NCBI GenBank assembly: GCA_016840425.1
Contig: JAEOSI010000110.1
Span: 1 to 7,445 of the forward strand
Direction of reading: 5' to 3'
Source: Candidatus Wukongarchaeum yapensis
Lineage (GTDB): Archaea; Asgardarchaeota; Wukongarchaeia; Wukongarchaeales; Wukongarchaeaceae
DNA length: 7,445 nt
Shown: positions 1 to 6,570 of the stretch, one piece after another
Numbering within the stretch: the stretch's first letter is position 1
Layout of the letters: each line of letters begins with the position of its first letter
The notes under the pieces: generated by a model
Database searches by the model: none
Seen by the model: the letters and a program-made list of their open reading frames with translations, nothing else
What the model was told of the DNA's origin: nothing
Program-made: the position numbers and the translations under genes

Positions 1-132
1 CTTCAGCTTAAAATATTGGAATGGGCGCCAGAAACACGGGCTACTTTTATCTTTATTGACATTCTTGTTATTGCGTATTTAGGGGTAGAGATATACAGGG
101 AGATATGGAGAAAACAAAAAAAAGAAAAGTAA
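1..132 (+). CDS. 3' end of a hypothetical membrane protein (partial, runs off the window)
   Basis: Frame 1 is open from base 1 to TAA at 130-132: LQLKILEWAPETRATFIFIDILVIAYLGVEIYREIWRKQKKEK*. It has a hydrophobic helix followed by a basic tail. Not in the ORF track because the start is missing. Confidence 0.7.
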   Translation, partial: LQLKILEWAPETRATFIFIDILVIAYLGVEIYREIWRKQKKEK

Positions 133-180
133 TGCCAAAACAAAGAGGATTCGGATGATTATTAGTGTCACTATCTTACT

Positions 181-1320
181 TTATTTTGAATTATTGAGAA
201 TCGAGATGGTTTGCTCGATTTCCTCGAATGTATTATAGAGATGTGGAGAGAAGCGGAGGTTACCTTCGCGTAGTGCAAGGTCAATTCCATTATTTGTCAA
301 GAGATGGAAGATTTCGCGATTATGGTCCGAGCGTCGGTGACTTACGATTATAATTGCCGTTCGCTCTGGACATTCCTTTGGACTGAGGACAGAATATTTG
401 TTCGAATCAAGACCTTGAAGGAACCTTTCTACTAGCTTATCGTTGAATTGTTGAATCTCCGTAATGCCTTGAGCGAGCAGGTACTCAACGGATTTTGTCC
501 AGGGGACGAAGTTGAAGAAATTGGCTGTGCAAAAAACATCATATCGTTCTGCTCCTACATCATCCCTAATTTGATAATCGCGGATTTGGTCAAAGTCTCG
601 GTCGTCTTTCATCACGATCCAATACATCTGATTGTACTCAAGAACAGCGAGAAGCTCTGGTTGCAACCAGCAAAAACCCGTGCCGTAAGGCCCACAAAGC
701 CATTTATAACCACAACTGGTAACACCGTCAACGGGCATCTTAGAAACATTTAATGGACGTGTTCCAAGGGCTTGCGTGCCATTAAGAAGAAACCATACTC
801 CATTATCACGGCAAAAATTTCCAATTGCCTTCACATCGAGAGCAAAACCAGTAAAGGAGTCCACCCAGGTCGCACACAGCACCTTCGTGGAATCTGTCAG
901 ATGAGCTTTTACATCATCAACGTGAAGCACCGGACCCTTAGGTTGAATCTCCTTTACAATAATACCTTGTTTTCGTAGACCAAGCCAGGGTAGTATCGTT
1001 GCGGGAAAATCGCCTTTAACCAGAAGAATTTCATCACCACGATTGAAAGGTAGACCATTGGCCCATAGATGCAGCCCATAGGAAGCGCTATTGCCCAAAA
1101 TAATTTCCTGAGCCGGTGTACCGATAAGACGTCCTAGAGCCTCCTTCAGTTTTAACGGTACATCATGGAAAATTTCCTCTGATAGGTGAGAGGGTGTAAC
1201 ATTCCATGAAATGGCCTCATGTGCAGCTTCAATTGCTACCTTTGGCATAGCCCCAATGCTGGCGGCATTCAGCCAAATACGTCCTCCAAAGGGTCCAAAA
1301 TCGTCAGAATATGGAGGCAT
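181..1320 (-). CDS. Aminotransferase class V-fold PLP-dependent enzyme (kynureninase/C-S lyase/CefD-like; not a canonical cysteine desulfurase)
   Basis: Motifs WLNAASIG, GDFPA..LPW, NGTQALG, PLP-lysine motif DGVTSCGYKWLCGPYGTGF (Lys codon 703-705) and C-terminal LRFSPHLYNT. ATG at 1320 preferred; the ORF track starts at TTG 1335. Confidence 0.88.
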   Translation of the reverse strand: MPPYSDDFGPFGGRIWLNAASIGAMPKVAIEAAHEAISWNVTPSHLSEEIFHDVPLKLKEALGRLIGTPAQEIILGNSASYGLHLWANGLPFNRGDEILLVKGDFPATILPWLGLRKQGIIVKEIQPKGPVLHVDDVKAHLTDSTKVLCATWVDSFTGFALDVKAIGNFCRDNGVWFLLNGTQALGTRPLNVSKMPVDGVTSCGYKWLCGPYGTGFCWLQPELLAVLEYNQMYWIVMKDDRDFDQIRDYQIRDDVGAERYDVFCTANFFNFVPWTKSVEYLLAQGITEIQQFNDKLVERFLQGLDSNKYSVLSPKECPERTAIIIVSHRRSDHNREIFHLLTNNGIDLALREGNLRFSPHLYNTFEEIEQTISILNNSK

Positions 1321-1374
1321 TGGAATCTCATCCAATCGCTTTAAAAGCTAGGAAGTTATTTTCTCCTAAAAAAA

Positions 1375-2292
1375 TTAAAACTTTTCTTTGAGCTTTTCTT
1401 CTATCTGAGAGCATATATCCTGCGCCTCATCGTTGACAGGAATGACTTCTATTTCGTCTGGTCTTGAAGATCCTAAACCCAGTTCTGTTGCCCTGGCTAA
1501 TTGTTCTTGCTGAAATATCTCACCCGTGGAAACGTTGCTGGTGGTACCGTAAATCCTGAGAACAGCTACTCCTACTGCATCCAATGCTACCCTATCATTA
1601 CTAGCTATTATAATTCCTGGTTCTATCAGTGTTCCATCCTCAGGACCTCCTGTTGAAAAACCTTTTATCCCGTCCATTATTACAAATGGGGGTTTGTAAG
1701 CTGTGTTTATCTCCGCTATCATGTACCTCTGATACCTGGAGCTGTGAAGCTCACGCATGTAGTTGTAACCGTCATCTGGATCGAACTTTGCCACCATGCC
1801 AACGCTGTTCTTAAGGCTCATGGTAATGTGACCGCCGAATCTATGGGTCTTCAGGCAACAGGTTTGTACTATCGTTTCAGCTTCCTTGAATACTTTTGGA
1901 AATAGAAAGCCCCTACTCCAATGACTTCCTTCTGGATTTTCCTTGATCCAATCTTCGCTCTTTAAATCGTCAAGTATCACCAAATCAAATCCTTGTTTCT
2001 CGGCGAGCTCTATGACTCCCATATCCTCAAGAACGCTTTTAGTGTCTCCCATGCCACTTCTCTCAGGCATAACCAAACTGGCACCTTTTTCTTTGAGAGC
2101 AACAACTATGGCTGAAAGAGTATCTATGTGCGTAGAAGCGGGAAAAGGATCGGCACTGTTGTAATTGGCCTTTAGGGCAACTTTTTTACCGGATAAACTG
2201 GCAAGATTAAAATGTTTCAATAACTCTCTTATACCCTCTCCTCTGTCGGAGGTTTTGATCACATATACCTTCGATTTCATGGATTTTTTCAA
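1375..2292 (-). CDS. DUF362 domain-containing protein (no fused ferredoxin domain)
   Basis: Motifs KKVALKANY, PASTH, CLKTH...TMSLKNSVG, IMDGI, GxEDG, IIASNDRVALDAV. SD-like GAGGT lies 7 nt upstream of TTG 2292; alternative ATG at 2280. Confidence 0.85.
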   Translation of the reverse strand: MKKSMKSKVYVIKTSDRGEGIRELLKHFNLASLSGKKVALKANYNSADPFPASTHIDTLSAIVVALKEKGASLVMPERSGMGDTKSVLEDMGVIELAEKQGFDLVILDDLKSEDWIKENPEGSHWSRGFLFPKVFKEAETIVQTCCLKTHRFGGHITMSLKNSVGMVAKFDPDDGYNYMRELHSSRYQRYMIAEINTAYKPPFVIMDGIKGFSTGGPEDGTLIEPGIIIASNDRVALDAVGVAVLRIYGTTSNVSTGEIFQQEQLARATELGLGSSRPDEIEVIPVNDEAQDICSQIEEKLKEKF

Positions 2293-2330
2293 GGATAAGA
2301 CCTCTTTGACAAAGCTTCGAAAAGGTGAAT

Positions 2331-2338
2331 TTTAAAAG
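2331..2338 (-). promoter_or_regulatory. Putative TATA box for the DUF362 gene
   Basis: TTTTAAAA on the minus strand about 40 nt upstream of the TTG start, in the 57-bp intergenic gap. Confidence 0.35.
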
Positions 2339-2349
2339 GTCATAGCCTG

Positions 2350-2946
2350 TTATCTTTCTTCTTTCCATGGATCGCCGCGATTGTGATACCCACGAGACTC
2401 CCAGAATCCTGGTCTATCTTTGTCCGTGAATTCAAAGCCTGTGACCCATTTGGCACTTTTCCAAAAATAAAGCCTCGGAACTACAAGCCTTACTGGATAA
2501 CCATGTTCTGGCGTCAGTGGCTTATTATTATGTTTAACAGCAAATAAGACATCTGGTTCGAAAAAATCGCTTAAAGTAAGATTTGCTGTGAAACCTCCAA
2601 CTGCATGAACTATGGCGAATTTAGCCTCAGGAAGTATGTTAACAAGCTCCTTTATTGTGCTAGTGCTTACTCCTTCCCACAGATTATCAAGTTTTGACCA
2701 CCCCGTAACACAATGTATATCCGATAAAACTTTCACTTGTGGAAGTGATATGAATTCTTCAAAATTAAGCATTTTTTCCTCTTCAACCAAACCTGAAATT
2801 GTAAATGTCCATTTAGAAATATCAATTTTTCGTGTTCTTCCATGATGTAGAATCGGGAAATTTTCTCTAATTTCTTGACCTGGCGGGAGTCTGTTTTCTC
2901 TTAGGGTGTCCGGACTTTTAATCACTTTTTCGTCTTCAATAAGCAT
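2350..2946 (-). CDS. Sulfite oxidase-like molybdopterin-dependent oxidoreductase (Oxidored_molyb; YuiH/MsrP-type catalytic domain, cytoplasmic)
   Basis: RLPPGQ N-terminus, DIHCVTGWS with the Mo-ligand Cys, HGYPVRLVVP.LYFWKSAKWV, GFWE.RGYH.RGDPW. No Tat signal. ATG 2946 (AGGGT 6 nt upstream) preferred to TTG 2961. Confidence 0.92.
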   Translation of the reverse strand: MLIEDEKVIKSPDTLRENRLPPGQEIRENFPILHHGRTRKIDISKWTFTISGLVEEEKMLNFEEFISLPQVKVLSDIHCVTGWSKLDNLWEGVSTSTIKELVNILPEAKFAIVHAVGGFTANLTLSDFFEPDVLFAVKHNNKPLTPEHGYPVRLVVPRLYFWKSAKWVTGFEFTDKDRPGFWESRGYHNRGDPWKEER

Positions 2947-3002
2947 AACGTTACCCTTCAAGTTTCTTTAACTGGAATGCTGGTTTCATGGCTTCTAGAA
3001 TT

Positions 3003-3031
3003 AAAAAACTTTCTTTATTGCAAAGTTTTTT
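3003..3031. promoter_or_regulatory. 10-bp perfect inverted repeat in the divergent intergenic region (paired TATA-like elements or regulator site)
   Basis: AAAAAACTTT (3003-3012) and AAAGTTTTTT (3022-3031) with a 9-nt spacer. AT-rich, so chance occurrence is possible. Confidence 0.35.
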
Positions 3032-3152
3032 TAATGTTGTTTAGTGTTTAGATTATTTAGTTAGGTTTTTGAGTATTGTCGGTTTATCTTTTACATATTT
3101 GTTTTTAGTTTTCAAATTTTTTTCAAATTTTAAGGTGTATAGGTGATTGTTG

Positions 3153-3899
3153 ATGCATGATGATCACGTTGATAGTGAAAAGGATGTTATTTATCTGGAA
3201 GACCACCACCACGAGGGTGAACATGATGAGGAGGATCATATTCACATCTGTAGTATTGAGGTGGATGCAGATATTTTTGCCAAGTTGAAGGAGAAGGCTT
3301 TGGAGAATCGGGAGATCTTTCGTTCTCTGGGTATTAAGGCTTTTAACATAATGGGATCTATTGGTTGTGGTAAAACAGAGCTTATTGTTAAGATGAGTGA
3401 GATTTTAAATCAAGGCGCCCATATAGGGTTTATTGCGGGTGATGTGGCTACTACTGTCGATTATGAAAGGGTAAGGAGTGTTGTCGACCGGGGAATACAG
3501 ATTAATACAGGTAAGGAATGTCATCTTGACTCTATAGTGATTAGCAAGGCCCTTGAAAGGATTCTCGGTCATGAGGAGGACGCTGGTATAGATATTTTAT
3601 TTATTGAGAATGTGGGTAACTTGATCTGTCCTTCTGATTTTGACCTTGGGGAGGAAAAAAGGGTTGTGGTGGTGAGTGTTGACCAAGGTCCTTGGATAAT
3701 ACGTAAACACCCGATTCTTATAAAGACCTGTGACGTGATCGTTATTAATAAAGCAGATTTAGCAAAAGCAATGGACATCGATGTAGAAAAATTAGTAGAA
3801 GATGCAAAAAGAATAAATCCAAGGGCAAAAGTAGCTGTAACAAGCGCTAAAACAGGGGAAGGGATTGAAGAGTTAATCAAGACTTTGGAAATAAAATAG
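3153..3899 (+). CDS. hypB: Hydrogenase nickel incorporation GTPase HypB
   Basis: P-loop GSIGCGKT, GDV...D.ER, metal site TGKECHLD, ENVGNLICP, KHP, NKAD, SAK; His/Asp/Glu-rich N-terminus. GGTGA SD at 3142-3146 lies 6 nt before ATG 3153 (track start TTG 3147). Confidence 0.93.
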   Translation: MHDDHVDSEKDVIYLEDHHHEGEHDEEDHIHICSIEVDADIFAKLKEKALENREIFRSLGIKAFNIMGSIGCGKTELIVKMSEILNQGAHIGFIAGDVATTVDYERVRSVVDRGIQINTGKECHLDSIVISKALERILGHEEDAGIDILFIENVGNLICPSDFDLGEEKRVVVVSVDQGPWIIRKHPILIKTCDVIVINKADLAKAMDIDVEKLVEDAKRINPRAKVAVTSAKTGEGIEELIKTLEIK

Positions 3900-3943
3900 T
3901 TAAGAAACGGATTGATCAAGAAAAATAGAGGGATTAAGACAGG

Positions 3944-3970
3944 TTTTTCTTCTTCCCTTTTTCATTTTTT
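3944..3970 (+). terminator. Oligo-T tract, probable archaeal terminator of hypB
   Basis: tttttcttcttccctttttcatttttt begins about 45 nt after the hypB stop, at a convergent gene junction. Confidence 0.45.
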
Positions 3971-4051
3971 ACGATTATCTTTTTCAGTATTTTTATGGTT
4001 TATTGGGAAAGAAAAGAGCGATAAAAAGAGCGATATTTTTTGATAGGGGGA

Positions 4052-4414
4052 TTATGCTGGAAGGATGCAACGTTGTAACACGCCCATTTCTGTGAGTTTT
4101 TTGATTATGTTTTCATAGGTTTCCTCGTCTTCTAGGGCTTGGTTTATTATTTCTTCTTGCATGTGAGTTCCTGGTTTGGTGGTTACGGTGATTTTTTTGT
4201 CTGGGAGTGCGTCTATGAGGACTTTTTTTATCACAGCACCTATGACTCCTCCTGCAGGGCAGAAGGGTGTCGTGGGGGTGAATTCTACCTTTATTTCGTC
4301 GTCTTTTATTTCAACGTCTTCTGGTGTGACTATTCCCATATCTGTTACTGGGATGGGGTATTCTGGATCTAAAACTCTGCCGATAATCTTCATTAATTGT
4401 TCTTTATCGACCAT
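4052..4414 (-). CDS. DUF59/MIP18-family Fe-S cluster assembly/targeting protein, CIA2/FAM96 (CIAO2)-like
   Basis: DPE.P, FTPTTPFC, IG..IK..L...LP, PGTH..E..N..L.D.E and a C-terminal Cys. GGCGA lies 6 nt upstream of ATG 4414 (track start TTG 4420). Confidence 0.88.
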   Translation of the reverse strand: MVDKEQLMKIIGRVLDPEYPIPVTDMGIVTPEDVEIKDDEIKVEFTPTTPFCPAGGVIGAVIKKVLIDALPDKKITVTTKPGTHMQEEIINQALEDEETYENIIKKLTEMGVLQRCILPA

Positions 4415-4445
4415 TTTCAATCGCCTGCCAATCTAAACTACATGG

Positions 4446-4499
4446 GAAAGTTAAAAAAGCTTCTTGTTCTCAAATTTTAGAATAACTTTTTTAACTTTC
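4446..4499. promoter_or_regulatory. 14-bp perfect inverted repeat; each arm resembles BRE+TATA of a bidirectional promoter
   Basis: GAAAGTTAAAAAAG (4446-4459) and CTTTTTTAACTTTC (4486-4499), 26-nt spacer, between the divergent CIA2-like and ribophorin-like genes. Confidence 0.55.
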
Positions 4500-4554
4500 T
4501 TTGTTTTATTGGGTGGTATTGTTTTTTTATTATTATTATGGTGATGAATGGTTG

Positions 4555-6480
4555 ATGCGTTTTAAACGGGGTTTATTGTGTTTTACGTTCCTTTCTTTGA
4601 TGATAGGCACCATATTTCTTTTTCCTTTTGTGATGGACAGCGTTAGTGGGATCCATGGAGAGGAAGGCTTAATAGACGAGGGAAAGGGAGGTTTGGAGGG
4701 GGCAGGGACAACGGGGGTTGTTTCTAGGTCTTTGCCTGAAAATTTGACTTTGAGCGTTAATCGTACGATTACGGTTAATATCTTTGGTCTGGTTTTGATT
4801 GAAGATAACTACCTTTTTAATGATACTCGAGTAGATGGTGCTGAGGCTCAGAATGTGACGCTTATTTTGGCTATAAGGGCAGGTGATGCTTCTAAATTGA
4901 GTTATACAAAGGTTTTTGATTATGAGACTAATGAGACCGCTGCTTTAAGGCTTGAAGAGGAGATGGATAATTACACCTATTATTCTTTTAATGTTACAAA
5001 TATTGGGGGAAATACGGCGAGAGAGATAGGTGTTTGGTCAGGATTTGCATACTATATTGAAACATCTTTGAGAGGTGGTGACCAATATTTTGCGCTTAAT
5101 ACATCTCTTTATCCTGTTATTAATGCGGAGATTTTTAATTCTACGATAACTTTTGAGTTGCCTGAGGGTGTTGGCGAGCCTGTTTGGGATCAGACTTTAC
5201 CAGTGAACTTTACGCATACCGCACCTTTCACTTTTAACGGTACAACTGCTAATATTTCGGCTTTTAATGATACGGCTTTTTATCTTGTTTATACTTCGAA
5301 TACGCCTATTATTCATTATAGTCGGGTTGAATCTAATCTTGATGTGAGTCCTTATGGGTATGTTCATGTGAGGGATGAATATTGGATTCAAACTCTTACA
5401 CCGAACACCGACATAAATAACAGAAACTTTCAGATTGGTGAGGTCTCGATACGGCTTCCCGGATACGCTGAGAGTGTTACGGTTAAGGATAGTGTAGGCA
5501 GATTAGCCGATGTAGAGCCTCAAGAGGTAGAGAATAAAACCCTCGTAGTGATTGATTTTAGGACTCCTTTAATTGTTGAAAATAATAGTTATCATTTAAC
5601 TGTAACTTATAAGTATCATTTAAGCGAGGCTTTAGAAAATGACGGCAATAAGTATCGGTTGACTACGTGGATTCTCTCTTCGTTTAACTGGACGATTGAA
5701 GAGTTTGTTTTAAAGATTACTTTGCCTGAGGGAGCCAGCGGCATAAACCCTTCAAGCGATGTTTCTTCCCTTGATCTTGGAAGTTTTAAGGTGGATTCTC
5801 AGCCCGCTTTTCTACACATCGGTAGCCGTCCTGTATTGAAAATTACGTTGAAAAAGTTGTTGCCCTGGCATCATACTACAGCTTTTCAGGTTGAGTATAA
5901 TTACTCTTGGTTAAATAAACTGAAAATGCCTTTACTTATTATCCTTGCTTGTTTTGGCGTAGGTTTGATGTATGTAGGTGTTAGGTCTTTAGCGGGGAAA
6001 ACAAAAATCGGGGTGGTTGTCAAGCCTACTCGGCTGGAAATGATCCCGGTGGATATCCTTGAAAGTTTGACTAAAAATTATGAGGAAAAACTGGCGCTAA
6101 AGAATCAGGTGAAGGAGCTTGGGGAAAAGGCTCGAAGAAGAAAAATATCAAAAGCTTCTTACGTTAAACAAAGAAGAACCTTTGAAAAGAGAATTGAGAG
6201 TTTGCAATCAACTTTAAACACAGTAACTTCCCAAGCTAGGAAGTATGGCAAGAGGTATGTGGAGATCCTCAGAACTTTAGATCTAACCGAGGCTGAAAAA
6301 GATACCATAGAACAGAGTATAAAAGATTTAGATCGAAGAAAGAGGGAACGAAAGATAAAGAAGGAGACTTACGAATCATTAAAGAAGGATTTAAATAAGC
6401 GTTTAACACGTTGTGAGAGAACCTTAAACAAGACCCTTTTAGATTTAAGGGAAGAACTTGAAAGAAGAAGAGTAAAATAA
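4555..6480 (+). CDS. Ribophorin I (RPN1/Ost1)-like oligosaccharyltransferase accessory subunit, type I membrane glycoprotein
   Basis: N-terminal signal helix; beta-rich ectodomain with ribophorin-I-like segments (DVSPYGYVHVRDEY, LPGYAESVTVKDSVG, DFRTPL, ITLPEGA, SRPVLKI...H...FQVEYNY....LKMPL); single TM helix at 5926-5982; basic helical cytoplasmic tail; 17 ectodomain N-X-S/T sequons. GGTGA SD at 4540-4544 supports ATG 4555 over TTG 4501. Confidence 0.78.
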   Translation: MRFKRGLLCFTFLSLMIGTIFLFPFVMDSVSGIHGEEGLIDEGKGGLEGAGTTGVVSRSLPENLTLSVNRTITVNIFGLVLIEDNYLFNDTRVDGAEAQNVTLILAIRAGDASKLSYTKVFDYETNETAALRLEEEMDNYTYYSFNVTNIGGNTAREIGVWSGFAYYIETSLRGGDQYFALNTSLYPVINAEIFNSTITFELPEGVGEPVWDQTLPVNFTHTAPFTFNGTTANISAFNDTAFYLVYTSNTPIIHYSRVESNLDVSPYGYVHVRDEYWIQTLTPNTDINNRNFQIGEVSIRLPGYAESVTVKDSVGRLADVEPQEVENKTLVVIDFRTPLIVENNSYHLTVTYKYHLSEALENDGNKYRLTTWILSSFNWTIEEFVLKITLPEGASGINPSSDVSSLDLGSFKVDSQPAFLHIGSRPVLKITLKKLLPWHHTTAFQVEYNYSWLNKLKMPLLIILACFGVGLMYVGVRSLAGKTKIGVVVKPTRLEMIPVDILESLTKNYEEKLALKNQVKELGEKARRRKISKASYVKQRRTFEKRIESLQSTLNTVTSQARKYGKRYVEILRTLDLTEAEKDTIEQSIKDLDRRKRERKIKKETYESLKKDLNKRLTRCERTLNKTLLDLREELERRRVK

Positions 6481-6570
6481 AACTTAGAAAGGCATCCCAT
6501 AGTTGTTATGGCTCAACTGTTTAATGAGCGAAAGAAAGATTTAAAAGAAGGGCGGTCTTAATTTTTACGG

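Noticed and set aside
181-1320. Call as cysteine desulfurase SufS/IscS or selenocysteine lyase feeding the DUF59 protein
   Set aside because: The catalytic Cys loop (RxGHHC or GSAC) and the EHH stacking His are absent.
3109-3130. 11-bp tandem TTTTCAAATTT x2; also the palindrome TAAAAAATTTTTA at 7096-7108
   Set aside because: Low-complexity AT-rich sequence expected by chance.
4012-4035. 12-bp tandem duplication AAAAGAGCGATA x2
   Set aside because: Only two copies in a terminator region; likely slippage and not CRISPR-like.
4501-4554. N-terminal 18 codons (MFYWVVLFFYYYYGDEWL) of the ribophorin-like ORF
   Set aside because: This is a translation of T-rich leader DNA; the GGTGA SD and signal-peptide layout point to ATG 4555.
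448-5391. Track ORFs 448-753, 772-978, 1629-1814, 1943-2164, 2612-2845, 3569-3919, 4139-4372, 4176-4436 and 5197-5391
   Set aside because: All are antisense shadows of well-supported genes, with no recognisable motifs and composition typical of reverse-strand reads.
6508-6561. 17-aa ORF MAQLFNERKKDLKEGRS
   Set aside because: Too short, with no clear SD or recognisable motif; cannot be supported without conservation data.
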